DNA from: an uncultured Acidobacteriota bacterium
GTDB lineage: Bacteria > Acidobacteriota > Thermoanaerobaculia > Gp7-AA8
DNA length: 64,000 bases
Assembly: GCA_963741955.1 (NCBI GenBank)
Contig: CAVUKB010000007.1
Location: 832,001 to 896,000, forward strand
Direction: 5' to 3'
Below, piece by piece: positions 45,475 through 56,369 of this stretch. Numbering within the stretch: position 1 is the stretch's first letter; every line of letters begins with the position of its first letter. The notes under the pieces were generated by a model. It saw only the letters and a program-made list of their open reading frames with translations. It was not told the DNA's origin and ran no database searches. Made by a program: the position numbers and the translations under genes.

Positions 45475-47274
45475 CTACTCCGCCGTCCTGCTCGTCTGGT
45501 CGATCCACTCATCGACGACGTTCGTGAGCAGCTCGAGCGGGATGGCGCCGTTCTCCAGCAACAGGCTGTCGAATGCGCGGATGTCGAACCGCGAACCGAG
45601 CCGCTTTTCGGCTTCGTGTCGCAGCTCCTGGATGCGGACCTCACCGACCATGTAGGAGAGAGACTGGCCGGGCCACGCGATGTAGCGGTCGACTTCCGTC
45701 GCGATGTTCTGCTCACTCAGAGCGGTGTTCTCCTCGAAGTACTTCACCGCGCGCTCGCGCGGCCAGCCGAAGGCGTGCATCCCGGTGTCGACGACGAGAC
45801 GCACGGCGCGCCACATCTGATAATCGAGATATCCGAAGCGCGCGTAGGCGTCGTCGTAAAGCCCCATCTCTTCACAGAGCGTCTCCGAGTACAGCGCCCA
45901 TCCTTCGCCGAACGCACTGTAGTAATCGAAGCGGCGGAACTGCGGGACGTTTCCGAGCTCCATCGCGATCGGGATCTGAAGCTGATGGCCGGGGCGTGCC
46001 TCGTGGCAGGTCAGCACCTGGATGTCGTACTTCGGTCTCGACTCCGGTTTGTAGAGATTCACTTCCATGTAGCCGGCCACGCTGCCGTCACCCGCCGGAG
46101 GAACCGAGTACGCTGGATAGGTGTCGGGCGCGAGCGCGTCCGGGATCTTGCGAATGCCGTAAGGAACTTTCGGCAGTTTCGAGGTGAGGAAGAGCTCGAC
46201 CAGATGAGGATCGACGCGTTTGGCCGCGGCGCGATACGCCTCGAGCAGGTCGTCGGGATTCGTATAGTAGAACCGCGGATCGGTTCGCAGAAAGTGCAGA
46301 AAGTCCCGGTAACTTCCGTCGAAGTGAAGCTGGTCGAAGATCTGCTTCATCTCGGCGTGGATCGCGTCCACTTTGCGAAGCCCGAGGGAGTGGACCTGCT
46401 CCGGAGTCATGTCGGTGGTGGTGGAAGAGCGGACGAGCCAGCCGTAGTAAGCCTTCCCGTCCGGGAGCGTGCTCGCCGCGATCGAGTCCCGGCTGTGGGG
46501 GAGATACCGGTCGTTGAAGAACGTCTGGAGCCGTTCGAACGCAGGAACGACCACTTCGCGGATCGCCTTCTTCGCGCGGCTCCGCAACGCCTCCTGACGC
46601 TCGGCCGGAATGGTCGAGGGCATCGTTTCGAACGGGTGGTAGAAGTCGCTCTGACCCGGGTCGGAGACGATCTGCGCGGTGATCTGTCGCGGGATTCGTT
46701 CCATGACCACCTTCGGCTGTGTGCGTCCTTCGCGAATTCCCTCAGCCAGAAGCGCGATGGTCTGATCCATGTATGTCCCGAAGCGCTCGAGGCGCGCGAT
46801 CCAGTTCGCGTAGTCGGATTCGGTCCGGAACGGCAGGCTGCGGGCGATGTTGTACGAGGTCTGGATTCCGCCGAGCTGGTTCAGCGCGAAGACGTATTCG
46901 TGGAAGCCGTAGCTTGCGACGCCCTGCTGGTAACGGTACTCGAAGAGGTCGTAGTTGAGCCGATCGCGGGCATCGAGCTGCTCGCGAGGAATCGCGGCGA
47001 GGTCTCGAAGCGTTTGCAGATCTTCTTCGTGGTGCTCCGCGATCGCCTTCGACGAGAGGTCCGGCCATCGATCGTCGTACTCGTGCACGCCGTCGAGCGA
47101 CGCCTCGACCGGATTCTCTCGCATCTCCCGAGCCCAGGCGGCGTCGAAGAGCTGGTGGAGGGTATGACTCGCATCACCGGGAGCGGCTGGCACGTTTGCC
47201 GCCGCCAGATTCGAGGTGAGAAGGGCGGCTCCGGCCAGGGCGATGGTCAGGCGAGAGAGGAGGCGGTTCGTCAT
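45475..47274 (-). CDS. DUF885 family secreted protein (putative metallopeptidase-like)
   Basis: Signal peptide. HEARPGHQLQ, EGWALYSE, RAVRLVVDTG.H, EVDRY..WPGQ..SY..G. Confidence 0.92.
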   Translation of the reverse strand: MTNRLLSRLTIALAGAALLTSNLAAANVPAAPGDASHTLHQLFDAAWAREMRENPVEASLDGVHEYDDRWPDLSSKAIAEHHEEDLQTLRDLAAIPREQLDARDRLNYDLFEYRYQQGVASYGFHEYVFALNQLGGIQTSYNIARSLPFRTESDYANWIARLERFGTYMDQTIALLAEGIREGRTQPKVVMERIPRQITAQIVSDPGQSDFYHPFETMPSTIPAERQEALRSRAKKAIREVVVPAFERLQTFFNDRYLPHSRDSIAASTLPDGKAYYGWLVRSSTTTDMTPEQVHSLGLRKVDAIHAEMKQIFDQLHFDGSYRDFLHFLRTDPRFYYTNPDDLLEAYRAAAKRVDPHLVELFLTSKLPKVPYGIRKIPDALAPDTYPAYSVPPAGDGSVAGYMEVNLYKPESRPKYDIQVLTCHEARPGHQLQIPIAMELGNVPQFRRFDYYSAFGEGWALYSETLCEEMGLYDDAYARFGYLDYQMWRAVRLVVDTGMHAFGWPRERAVKYFEENTALSEQNIATEVDRYIAWPGQSLSYMVGEVRIQELRHEAEKRLGSRFDIRAFDSLLLENGAIPLELLTNVVDEWIDQTSRTAE

Positions 47275-47443
47275 CGTGGTCCCTTTCCTTCTGTCGAACG
47301 GAATCCCCCCATCGTACCCCGTGCGGTTTCTTCGTCGCGAGTGGCCGGCCGCGATCGGTGACTCCTTCGGCGTGGCTCCCTGGTCCGGTCGGTCGAACCT
47401 CTCGGCTCGAATTTCGTCTCATCATTGCGTGTTGGAGGGCTGC

Positions 47444-48064
47444 GTGCGAGTTCTCGTCCTGAACAGCGAGCCATGGCGCGACGGCGGCATCGCGCGCGTC
47501 CTCGAAAGCGCCCCGGGGATCCGTCCGATCCTCGAACGTGAGCTCGGCGACCTCACCTGGTCGAAGTCGCTCGCCGACGTGATCCTGGTCGCCGCGACAT
47601 CCCTCCGCACCGACCCGAGGCGCTCGCTCGTCGCCATCCGGCGGAAGTTTCCCCGCGCCCGCATTCTCGTCCACGGTGACGAGTGCGATCCCGCCACCGT
47701 CGCCGCCTTGATCGCCCAAGGTGCCGACGGCTACTTCTCCCTCGCGCTCGGCGAAGAGAAACTGGTCAAGGCGCTCCGTACCGTCGCCCGCGGTTCGGTC
47801 TGGATGCCGAGCGACGCCGTGACCTCGATGGTGCGGCAGCTCCGCTCGGGAATGGTCGGATCCGATCCGCTCAGTCATGGAGAGCAGGCGCTCCTCCGGA
47901 TGCTCGATCAGGGGATGACGAACAAGGAGATGGCGGCACAGCTCGGCGTCGCGGAGATTACGGTGAAGAGTCGGCTTGCGCGTGTCTACCGGCGGTTCGG
48001 CGTCCGTACCCGGACTCAGCTCCTCTCGTTCGCCGTCCGCAACGACCTTATCCCGCGGCCGTGA
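47444..48064 (+). CDS. NarL/LuxR-family regulator with atypical receiver domain
   Basis: C-terminal G.TNKEMA..L...E.TVK..L..VY.RFGV.TR. The receiver lacks the acidic residues. RBS GGAGG. Confidence 0.85.
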   Translation: MRVLVLNSEPWRDGGIARVLESAPGIRPILERELGDLTWSKSLADVILVAATSLRTDPRRSLVAIRRKFPRARILVHGDECDPATVAALIAQGADGYFSLALGEEKLVKALRTVARGSVWMPSDAVTSMVRQLRSGMVGSDPLSHGEQALLRMLDQGMTNKEMAAQLGVAEITVKSRLARVYRRFGVRTRTQLLSFAVRNDLIPRP

Positions 48065-48207
48065 CCTTCCCGTAACCCGGCGGTATACGAATGCTTTATC
48101 CGGTATACCGTTTCACCTCTGCGCGGCACGTTTTCTGGTGATCGCATTGCAGTCTCCCGGCGGCCTGCGAAGAGATTCTTCGCAAGATCAAATCGTCCGG
48201 AGGACTC

Positions 48208-49116
48208 ATGAAGACACGTAGCATTCTCGCCATACTCCTGCTCTCCGCTGCACTCCCACTCGCCGCCCAGACCACCGAAGGATCCTGGACCACGACCGTC
48301 GCCTCATCGTCCGGATCTCTCCAGCTCGAGGTCGTTCCGCCGCTCGGGAAGGACCAGCCGCTCAACTGCCATCGCCACGTCATTCCGGTGAAGTTCGCTC
48401 CCGCCGAGGCCGAAGGGGGGACGCTCCTGGTATCGGACCTCTCCGACACCGACACCTCGAACGACGCGAGCTCCATCACGTTCACTCCGACCGACTCGAG
48501 CTTCACCGTCTCCGATCTGACGAACCTCACCGCGGTGTACGACGTGGTGGAAGGGAACTGTGGTGGAGGCGCTCTCCGCTGGTCGATCACCACGACGGAG
48601 GGAAACGTCTTCGTCTATTACGGTGAGGCGCCGAACTTCACCGACTGCAGCGGCGCCGAGGGACAGAGCGGGGTGAACCTGCTGTCGATGAGCGACATGA
48701 GAGTCGATTCGTCGCAGGTGTACGCCGGGACGCAGTACAACACGTGGGACGCGTTCGTCGCCGCGAATCCGGACCTGGTGATCCAGAGCATCAGTCTCGT
48801 CGCCGACGCCGGATGGTTCCAGGCCGACCAGGTGCAGTCGTTTCAGATCTCCTCGGCGACGGTGAACGACAACACGTACACCGGGCAGATGACGGAGTGC
48901 GACCTTCCGGACGCCACGATCCAGGTGACGGACCAGAACGGCACGACGGTCGACGTGAAGTCGGTTCAGGGGGACGGTACGGCCTTCCGCGTGGATGATT
49001 GCCAGTACGTGTACAACCTCGTGAATCCAGGGCCGGGAACCTACACCGTCGACATCATGGTCGGCGGCGACGTGGCGGCTTCGAGCACGTTCACCGTCTC
49101 CTGCAGCAGGCGGTAA
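48208..49116 (+). CDS. Secreted beta-rich hypothetical protein (PxKF-like motifs)
   Basis: Signal peptide ending LAA-Q. IPVKF near the N-terminus and FRVD..QYVYNL near the C-terminus. RBS GGAGG. Confidence 0.65.
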   Translation: MKTRSILAILLLSAALPLAAQTTEGSWTTTVASSSGSLQLEVVPPLGKDQPLNCHRHVIPVKFAPAEAEGGTLLVSDLSDTDTSNDASSITFTPTDSSFTVSDLTNLTAVYDVVEGNCGGGALRWSITTTEGNVFVYYGEAPNFTDCSGAEGQSGVNLLSMSDMRVDSSQVYAGTQYNTWDAFVAANPDLVIQSISLVADAGWFQADQVQSFQISSATVNDNTYTGQMTECDLPDATIQVTDQNGTTVDVKSVQGDGTAFRVDDCQYVYNLVNPGPGTYTVDIMVGGDVAASSTFTVSCSRR

Positions 49117-49219
49117 AGAGGAGGTCTCTCCCTCCTTCAGGTGGGCTGCGTCGGGGATCCCGGCGCAGCCCTTTCCAGGCTGTCGACGTCGTCGCAGCGC
49201 TCGGTGATAGAGTCACGGG

Positions 49220-50017
49220 ATGCTCTCACGCTCCGACGTCGAAGCGCTTCTCGAGGCAGTGCGGGCGATCTCGCACCGCGCGACGACATTGATCGTGGAG
49301 AAGCTCGACGCCGGCTTCACGTTCAGGCAGAAGGCGGACCGGAGCTTCGTGACCGAGATCGACATCGCCGCCGAGGAGCTGATCCGCGATGCGATCCTGC
49401 GGCAGTTCCCCGATCACGGCATCGTCGGCGAGGAGCTCGGCAGCGTTGCGTCCGATGCCGAGTTCCAGTGGACGATCGATCCGATCGACGGCACCATGAG
49501 CCTCCGCCACGGGATTCCGCTCTTCGGCAGCATCGTCGGGGTGACCTTTCGCGGTGCGCCTCTGGTCGGAGTGATCGCCCTTCCGCAGCTCGGCCGCACG
49601 TACTACGCAGGAAGGGATCTCGGGGCGTGGCGCAACGACACGCGGATCTCCATCCACGACGTCGAGAACGGCGAGGCGATCGAAGATGAAGTGATCGCGA
49701 CGGGAGAGCGGCGGCAGTTCGTGAGGGGGGGACGAGCGGAAGAGTTCGATCGGCTGATGACTTCGCACCCGAGCGTGCGGACCTACTGCGACTGCTTCGG
49801 CCACGGGCTCGCGGCGGAAGGAAGTGTCGGCGCGATGCTCGACTTCGACCTGCGGGCGTGGGACATCGGTGCGACGGAAATCCTGATCACCGAGGCGGGC
49901 GGGAAGTTCGTGCGGCTGGGTGGAGAGGGGAGTGGTGCGGAGGCGAGGCACGACCTCCTCTTCGGGAAGCCGGCGGTGGTCGACTGGGTGATCGATACGA
50001 TCCGGTACCGTGAGTGA
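49220..50017 (+). CDS. Inositol monophosphatase family protein (HisN-like)
   Basis: K.D.S.VTE.D, GEE, W.IDPIDGT, WDIGA..I.EAGG. Confidence 0.88.
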   Translation: MLSRSDVEALLEAVRAISHRATTLIVEKLDAGFTFRQKADRSFVTEIDIAAEELIRDAILRQFPDHGIVGEELGSVASDAEFQWTIDPIDGTMSLRHGIPLFGSIVGVTFRGAPLVGVIALPQLGRTYYAGRDLGAWRNDTRISIHDVENGEAIEDEVIATGERRQFVRGGRAEEFDRLMTSHPSVRTYCDCFGHGLAAEGSVGAMLDFDLRAWDIGATEILITEAGGKFVRLGGEGSGAEARHDLLFGKPAVVDWVIDTIRYRE

Positions 50018-50033
50018 AGAACGACCCGCGGTC

Positions 50034-50063
50034 TTGACAATTACTCTACTCGATCACTAGATT
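50034..50063 (+). promoter_or_regulatory. Sigma-70 promoter of the Rrf2-sulfate transport operon (probably leaderless)
   Basis: TTGACA (50034-50039), 18-bp spacer, TAGATT (50058-50063). GTG start at 50070 with no SD. ATTACTCT occurs twice, 21 bp apart. Confidence 0.7.
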
Positions 50064-50069
50064 ACTCTC

Positions 50070-50564
50070 GTGCTTTCCAAACGCGCGAAGTACGGCCTGA
50101 AGGCGATGATCGGCCTGGCCCGCGATCCGGGGGGGCCGATGCGGATCGAGGACCTCGCCCGCCAGGAGAAGATCCCGAAGAAGTTCCTCGAGTTGATCCT
50201 CCTCGACCTGCGCAACCAGGGGTTCCTCCGTTCGAAGAAAGGGGCCGGAGGCGGGTATGCGCTCGCCCGGCCCGCGGATCTGATCGGCCTCGGGCAGTTG
50301 GTACGCGTCCTCGACGGGCCTCTCGCGCCGATCCCTTGCGTCAGCCAGACTGCATATGAGACGTGCGACGACTGCGCGGACGAACAGGCCTGCGAGCTCC
50401 GGATCGTGATGAAGAAGGTCAGGGACGAGATCGCCCGCGTCCTCGACGGGACGACGCTGGCGGACGCAGTTGCGAAACGCTCTGCCGGAGATCTCGCTCC
50501 TCCCGCACCTCCCGGCGGGCGCCGCCGCGCGTCCGCGTCTCCGAGTACCAGATCGAAAAAGTAG
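50070..50564 (+). CDS. Rrf2 family transcriptional regulator
   Basis: KYGLKA, IP.KFLE.IL..L...G...S..G..GGY.LA, three Cys plus C in CVS..C..C....C. Confidence 0.92.
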   Translation: MLSKRAKYGLKAMIGLARDPGGPMRIEDLARQEKIPKKFLELILLDLRNQGFLRSKKGAGGGYALARPADLIGLGQLVRVLDGPLAPIPCVSQTAYETCDDCADEQACELRIVMKKVRDEIARVLDGTTLADAVAKRSAGDLAPPAPPGGRRRASASPSTRSKK

Positions 50565-50575
50565 GGAGTACGGCC

Positions 50576-51577
50576 ATGCGTCTGCAGATGCTTCTCACCC
50601 TCCTCTTCGTCGCCGCGACTTCGACCGCGCGGTTGCCCGCGGCGGACGTGACGCTCCTCAATGTCTCCTACGACCCGACGCGTGAGCTCTACGAAGAGAT
50701 CAACGCGCAGTTCACCCACTACTGGAGCGCGAAACACCATCGTTCCATCGAGATCCGTATGTCGCACGGTGGCTCGGGGAGCCAGGCCCGGTCGGTCATC
50801 GACGGGCTCCCGGCCGACGTAGTGACGCTGGCTCTCGCACCCGACATCGATGCGATCGCCTCGCGCGGCGTTCTCCGGCGGGACTGGGCATCGCGACTGC
50901 CGTTCGGTTCCGCCCCGTTCACCTCGACGGTCGTGTTTCTGGTGCGGGAGGGAAACCCGAAGAACGTCCGCGACTGGCCGGACCTGGTCCGACCCGGTGT
51001 GGAAGTGATCACCCCGAACCCGAAGACCTCCGGCGGCGCACGGTGGAACTATCTCGCCGCGTGGGGATACGCCCTCCGTGCTTCCGGAGGGAGCGACGCG
51101 GCGGCACGGGAGTTCGTGACGAAGCTCTATCGCAACGTCCCGGTGCTCGACACCGGGGCACGAGGTGCGACGACGACCTTCGTCGAGCGCGGCATCGGCG
51201 ACGTCTACATCGCCTGGGAGAACGAGGCGATCCTGGTCACCGAGCAACTCGCACCGGGACGCTTCCGGATCGTGGTCCCGTCCAGCAGCATTCTCGCTGC
51301 CCCTCCGGTGGCGATCGTCGACTCGGTGGTCGACCGCCGTCGAACGCGTGAGGTCGCGCAGGAGTATCTCGAGTTCCTCTACTCGAAGGTGGGACAGCGA
51401 ATCGCCGCGCGCCATTTCTTCCGGCCGGCGATCCCGGCGATCCGGCGTGAATTCGAAGAGCGGTTCCCGTCCGTGAAACTCTTCACCGTCGAAGAGCTCT
51501 TCGGCGGCTGGGCGAAGGCGCAGTCCCGTCACTTCGCGGACGGCGGCGTCTTCGACCAGATCTATGGCCACTCATGA
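50576..51577 (+). CDS. sbp: Sulfate ABC transporter substrate-binding protein
   Basis: [55 protein letters not shown]. Confidence 0.95.
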   Translation: MRLQMLLTLLFVAATSTARLPAADVTLLNVSYDPTRELYEEINAQFTHYWSAKHHRSIEIRMSHGGSGSQARSVIDGLPADVVTLALAPDIDAIASRGVLRRDWASRLPFGSAPFTSTVVFLVREGNPKNVRDWPDLVRPGVEVITPNPKTSGGARWNYLAAWGYALRASGGSDAAAREFVTKLYRNVPVLDTGARGATTTFVERGIGDVYIAWENEAILVTEQLAPGRFRIVVPSSSILAAPPVAIVDSVVDRRRTREVAQEYLEFLYSKVGQRIAARHFFRPAIPAIRREFEERFPSVKLFTVEELFGGWAKAQSRHFADGGVFDQIYGHS

Positions 51578-52434
51578 CCATTCGTCGTACTGATCCCGCT
51601 GGCGTGCGCCTCATCCGCGGACGTGCCGCCGTTCTCCCGGGCTTCCGCCTCACGCTCGGCTTCACCCTCTTCTACCTTTCGGCTCTGGTTCTTCTCCCGC
51701 TGGCGGCTCTGGCGATGAAGGGGCTGTCAGTCGAGCCGCAGCGGGCATGGGAGATCCTCTCCTCAGCCCGCGTCATCGCGGCGTTCCGGCTGAGCATCGC
51801 CACTGCGGCTGCGGCGGCTGCGCTGAACACCGTCTTCGGACTTCTCACCGCGTGGGCACTCGAACGAACGTCGTTTCCCGGCCGCCGTCTGGTCGACGGA
51901 ATGATCGATCTTCCGTTCGCGCTTCCGACCGCGGTCGCCGGGATCACGCTGACCGCGATGTACGCTCCGACCGGAATCGTCGGACGGTGGCTGGCGCCGT
52001 TCGGTTTGAAGGTCGCCTACACGCCGCTCGGAATCATCCTCGCACTCACGTTCGTCGGTCTCCCGTTCGTCGTTCGTTCGGTGCAGCCGGTGATCCAGGC
52101 GCTGGAGAGGGAAGCGGAGGAAGCGGCGGTCTCGCTCGGTGCCTCGCCGTGGCAGACATTCCGGCGTGTGATCTTTCCGGAGCTCGTCCCGGCGCTTCTC
52201 ACCGGGTTCGGTCTGGCCTTCGCCCGCGGGCTCGGAGAGTACGGTTCGGTGATCTTCATCGCCGGGAACATGCCGATGCGGACCGAGACCATGCCGCTCC
52301 TGATCATGATCCGGCTCGAGCAGTTCGATTACGAGGGCGCAGCGGCGATCGCGATGGTCTATCTCCTGATCGGGATTGCGATCGTCGCGACGCTGGACGC
52401 CGTGCAGCGGATGCGGGCGAGGAGGGTCGCATGA
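51574..52434 (+). CDS. cysT: Sulfate ABC transporter permease CysT
   Basis: [41 protein letters not shown]. Confidence 0.95.
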   Translation: MTIRRTDPAGVRLIRGRAAVLPGFRLTLGFTLFYLSALVLLPLAALAMKGLSVEPQRAWEILSSARVIAAFRLSIATAAAAAALNTVFGLLTAWALERTSFPGRRLVDGMIDLPFALPTAVAGITLTAMYAPTGIVGRWLAPFGLKVAYTPLGIILALTFVGLPFVVRSVQPVIQALEREAEEAAVSLGASPWQTFRRVIFPELVPALLTGFGLAFARGLGEYGSVIFIAGNMPMRTETMPLLIMIRLEQFDYEGAAAIAMVYLLIGIAIVATLDAVQRMRARRVA

Positions 52435-53306
52435 CGACGTTGCCGGTTGCGCTCGAGCGCAAACGTGCCGCGACCGGCACGATCTCGCGCCGGATTCTCC
52501 TCGCCGTCGTTTTCGCCTGGCTCACCCTGATGCTCTTCGCCCCGGTACTCCTGATCTTCGCAAAGGCTTTCGAGAAAGGAGTGCCGGCCTATTTCGCCGC
52601 GGTCACCTCGCCGGCAGCGCTCTCCGCAATCCGTCTCACCCTCGTCGCGACGGCGATCGCCGTTCCGGCAAACCTCCTCTTCGGCCTCGCCGCAGCATGG
52701 GCGGTGACGCGATTCGAGTTCCCGGGAAAGACCATCGTGGTCACGTTCATCGACCTTCCTCTCAGCGTCTCTCCGGTGATCTCCGGAATGCTGATCGTCC
52801 TCCTCTTCGGGATCCACGGAATCTTCGGTCCTTTTCTGGTCGCCCATGGAATCGAGATCGTCTTCGCCGTTCCGGGAATCGTCCTCGCCACGACGTTCGT
52901 CACGCTTCCCTACGTTGCGCGCGAGCTGATCGGATTCATGCAGACCGAGGGTCGTGACGAAGAAGAAGCCTCGACGTCACTCGGCGCGCGCGGCTGGCAG
53001 ACGTTTCTGCGGGTCACGCTCCCGAACATCCGCTGGAGTCTGCTCTACGGGATCGTCCTCTGCAGTGCGCGCGCGATGGGAGAATTCGGAGCCGTGTCGG
53101 TGGTCTCGGGGCACATTCGAGGCGTCACGAACACGACCACTCTTCACGTGGAGATCCTCTACAACGAGTACCGCTTCACGGAGGCCTTCGCGGTCGCCTC
53201 GCTGCTGACTCTGATTGCGCTGGCCGCGATCGTGGCGAAAGTCATTCTGGAGAGGAAGAGTGAGCGGCGACCGGCCGCCGAGAAGCGAGAGGAGGGGAGA
53301 ACGTGA
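52431..53306 (+). CDS. cysW: Sulfate ABC transporter permease CysW
   Basis: [41 protein letters not shown] overlap with cysT. Confidence 0.95.
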   Translation: MTTLPVALERKRAATGTISRRILLAVVFAWLTLMLFAPVLLIFAKAFEKGVPAYFAAVTSPAALSAIRLTLVATAIAVPANLLFGLAAAWAVTRFEFPGKTIVVTFIDLPLSVSPVISGMLIVLLFGIHGIFGPFLVAHGIEIVFAVPGIVLATTFVTLPYVARELIGFMQTEGRDEEEASTSLGARGWQTFLRVTLPNIRWSLLYGIVLCSARAMGEFGAVSVVSGHIRGVTNTTTLHVEILYNEYRFTEAFAVASLLTLIALAAIVAKVILERKSERRPAAEKREEGRT

Positions 53307-54328
53307 AGATCGAGCTGCGGAACATCTCGAAACGTTTCGACGGGTTCGAAGCGCTGCGTGACGTGAGCCTCGAGGTCTGCGACGGAGAGCTTCTCGCGCT
53401 CCTCGGGCCGTCGGGTTCGGGAAAGACGACGCTGCTGCGGATCATCGCGGGACTGGAGACGCCGGACGAAGGGAGCGTCCGCTTCGACGGCGAAGACGCG
53501 ACCCTGCGCGCCATACGTGAGCGGCGGGTGGGGTTCGTGTTTCAGCACTACGCCCTCTTCCGTCACATGACGGTATTCGAGAACGTCGCGTTCGGCCTCG
53601 AGGTGAAACCGCGCCGTGAAAGAGTGACGAAAGAGGAGAGGCGCGCGATGGTGATGGAGCTGCTGCGGCTGGTCGGTCTCGACTTTCTCGCGGACCGCCG
53701 GCCGTCGCAACTCTCCGGCGGACAGCGACAGCGCGTCGCACTCGCGCGGGCTCTCGCGGTCAGACCGCGGGTACTCCTTCTCGACGAGCCGTTCGGGGCT
53801 CTCGATGCGAATGTCCGTCACGAACTGAGGCAGTGGATGCGGTCGCTGCACGAGAAAATCTCCCTGACCAGCGTCTTCGTGACGCACGATCAGGAGGAAG
53901 CGCTCGAGCTGGCGGATCGGGTCGCGGTGTTCAACGCGGGACGGATCGAGCAGGTCGGCTCACCGGAGGAGGTGTACGAGAATCCCGCCACTCCGTTCGT
54001 CTACGGCTTCATCGGGAGGGTGAACCTTTTTCATGCGCGTCTGGACGAGGGTGGAGTGGTGATTGAGCCTGGATCGGAAGAAGCCGACGACGTGATCGCA
54101 GTCCGTTCGCATCAGTTCGAGGTGCTGCGCGCGCCGACCGCCGGCGCGTTTGCCGCGCGGATAAGGAACATCGGCCGCTTCGGCGCGGTGGTGCGGGTGG
54201 AGCTCCTGGCGGCGGACCGCCCGGTGCACGTCGAGCTGACGCGGGGCGAGGTGGCGAATCTCGATCTCGTGCGGGGTGAGGAGGTCTTCCTGCGGCCGCG
54301 CGACTTCAGGCTGGTCCATCCGGATTGA
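53303..54328 (+). CDS. cysA: Sulfate ABC transporter ATP-binding protein CysA
   Basis: [39 protein letters not shown]-terminal TOBE-like domain. Confidence 0.95.
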   Translation: MKIELRNISKRFDGFEALRDVSLEVCDGELLALLGPSGSGKTTLLRIIAGLETPDEGSVRFDGEDATLRAIRERRVGFVFQHYALFRHMTVFENVAFGLEVKPRRERVTKEERRAMVMELLRLVGLDFLADRRPSQLSGGQRQRVALARALAVRPRVLLLDEPFGALDANVRHELRQWMRSLHEKISLTSVFVTHDQEEALELADRVAVFNAGRIEQVGSPEEVYENPATPFVYGFIGRVNLFHARLDEGGVVIEPGSEEADDVIAVRSHQFEVLRAPTAGAFAARIRNIGRFGAVVRVELLAADRPVHVELTRGEVANLDLVRGEEVFLRPRDFRLVHPD

Positions 54329-54354
54329 CCCGATCTGCAAACCGGAATCATTAG

Positions 54355-54540
54355 CCCCAGTGGCCCGAACTCAAGGGGCACTGTGGGTGTTCACAGAGCA
54401 GATTCGCGGAGTTACTGCGCATCTGCCGCAGGGGTCGTCTCGTTGCGTTCTGAAGGCGATCTGCGCGGCCACGGCGGGAGCCGTGGCGCCCCTCGGAGAG
54501 GGGATCCTTCGCTGCCCAGCAAGCTCGCGCAGACTCCCGG
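54355..54540. mobile_element. Family A MITE-like structured repeat, copy A3 (inverted relative to A1/A2, one end missing)
   Basis: TTAG, then CCCCAGTGGCCCGAACT, through AGACTCCCGG. Reverse-complement match to 12399-12582. Confidence 0.8.
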
Positions 54541-54655
54541 GTTTCATCGCACAATCCCGGCGCGTCATCCGTCACATCGACGGGTGGGGTTCCGTGGTAT
54601 TCATTCAGCCAGCACGGAAGAGTGGCAGCTCTTCGCATCCGACCGAGGTGATCCG

Positions 54656-55984
54656 ATGAGTGAGAGTTCGATTGATACGGTTGTGCGTGTCCGGCTGGAA
54701 CATCGCCCCGGGCAGTTCGCGAAGCTGGCGACCATCGCCGCCGATGAGGGGGCGCTGATCGGGGAGATTGCGAGCGTCCGGGTCACCGAGACTCACACCG
54801 TGCGTGACGTGACCCTCGAGACGACGGACGAGGAGCAGGCGGGGCGTGTCATTGCGGCGCTGGTTGCTGCCGGAGTGGAAGTGCTCGAGCGGACCGACCG
54901 CGTCTTCGACGTTCATCGCGGAGGGAAGCTCCATTCGACGAGCCGGGTCGCGCTCGAAGATCTTCGGGATCTCCGCACGATCTATACGCCTGGCGTCGCG
55001 CGCGTGTCGCAGGCGATCGAGAAAGATCGAAACATGGCCTGGGACCTCACCTCGATCGGCAATTCGGTCGGCATCTTCACCAACGGTACGCGAGTTCTCG
55101 GGCTGGGCGACATCGGTCCGGTGGCGAGCCTTCCGGTGATGGAAGGGAAGGCGGTTCTGTACGACCGGTTCGTCGGGATCAGCGCGACGCCGCTGCTGGT
55201 CGATACGAAAGATCCGAACGAATTCGTCGATACCGTGGAGCGGCTCTCGCACACGTTCGGCGCCATCCATCTCGAAGACATCCGGGTGCCCGATTGCTTC
55301 TTCATCGAGGCGGAGCTCAAGCGGCGCCTTCGGAAGCCGGTGATGCACGACGACCAGCACGGGACGGCGTGCGTGACGCTCGCCGCGATCATCAACGCGT
55401 GCAGTCGCACCGGACGTGATCTCCGTGATTCGCGGCTCGGGCAGATCGGACTCGGCGCGGCCGGAAGCGCGATTGCGCGTCTCGCGCTGGCGTACGGAGT
55501 GGGTGAGGTGATGGTGACGGATGTCGCGGAGGCTGCGATGAAGCTTCTGGTGTCGGAAGGAGCGGTGGCGAGCGACCTTTCAACGATCATGAAGGAAGCG
55601 GACATCGTGATCGCGACGACCGGGAAACCGGGGCTGATCCCGCCGGAGATGGTGAGAAAGGGACAGGTGATCTTCGCCCTCTCGAATCCGAAGTCGGAGA
55701 TCACGCCGTCAGTCGCGCGTGCGGCCGGTGCCGCATTCGCCGGCGACGGACGCTCGATCAACAACGCGCTCGCTTTCCCGGGAATCTTCCGCGGTGCGAT
55801 GCGCGCGAAGAGCCGCGAGATCACTGCAGAGATGATGGTGATCGCGGCGGAGACGATCGCCGCGAAAGCACCGAGCGACGCGGTGGTTCCGTCACCGCTC
55901 GATCTCGACGTGCACCGCGCGGTGGCGGATGCGGTCGAGGCGAAGGCGCGCGAGCTCGGGCTCGCGGATACAGTGGAACTCTGA
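54656..55984 (+). CDS. NAD(P)-dependent malic enzyme with N-terminal ACT domain
   Basis: YTPGVA, GLGDIG, MEGKA.L, LEDI, HDDQHGT, G.GAAG, ALSNP, NNALAFPG. Confidence 0.92.
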   Translation: MSESSIDTVVRVRLEHRPGQFAKLATIAADEGALIGEIASVRVTETHTVRDVTLETTDEEQAGRVIAALVAAGVEVLERTDRVFDVHRGGKLHSTSRVALEDLRDLRTIYTPGVARVSQAIEKDRNMAWDLTSIGNSVGIFTNGTRVLGLGDIGPVASLPVMEGKAVLYDRFVGISATPLLVDTKDPNEFVDTVERLSHTFGAIHLEDIRVPDCFFIEAELKRRLRKPVMHDDQHGTACVTLAAIINACSRTGRDLRDSRLGQIGLGAAGSAIARLALAYGVGEVMVTDVAEAAMKLLVSEGAVASDLSTIMKEADIVIATTGKPGLIPPEMVRKGQVIFALSNPKSEITPSVARAAGAAFAGDGRSINNALAFPGIFRGAMRAKSREITAEMMVIAAETIAAKAPSDAVVPSPLDLDVHRAVADAVEAKARELGLADTVEL

Positions 55985-56067
55985 CCCCGAATTCACCCTG
56001 CCTCGGAATTCAGCCCGGAGTTCCCGCATCGGGGCTCCGTCTCACGCCGGAAGAGCTTTGTGGCCGG

Positions 56068-56352
56068 TCACGATCCCATCACGGCGAATTTCCAGATCAG
56101 AAGCACCACCACGGTCAACAGTGCGACGAGCGCGCTGGTCCGGAACTTACCGAGGAAAAAGCACGCGACTGCCACCGCGAGAAAGATCGTGTTGATCAGC
56201 GCGCCACCGATCCAGAGGTCTGCGCTCTGCAGCGTCAGAGGAGGCGATCCGAAGTGACGGAGGCGGAAGTATTCGGCAAGCGTGCGTAGCAGCGCGAGCA
56301 TCTGGATGCCGATTCCGATCTGGGCGAGGCGCGCGGCCGAAATGCGTCTCAA
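56068..56352 (-). CDS. Small membrane protein
   Basis: Three hydrophobic segments, directly downstream of the M23 gene. Confidence 0.55.
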   Translation of the reverse strand: MRRISAARLAQIGIGIQMLALLRTLAEYFRLRHFGSPPLTLQSADLWIGGALINTIFLAVAVACFFLGKFRTSALVALLTVVVLLIWKFAVMGS

Positions 56353-56369
56353 TGCGACTCCTCAGCGGA

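Noticed and set aside
38843-51571. Long antisense ORFs (38843..40639, 43800..45281, 45616..47361, 50057..51571; likewise 14535..16115 and 60333..62192)
   Set aside because: Each overlaps a motif-supported gene on the opposite strand and lacks recognisable domains.
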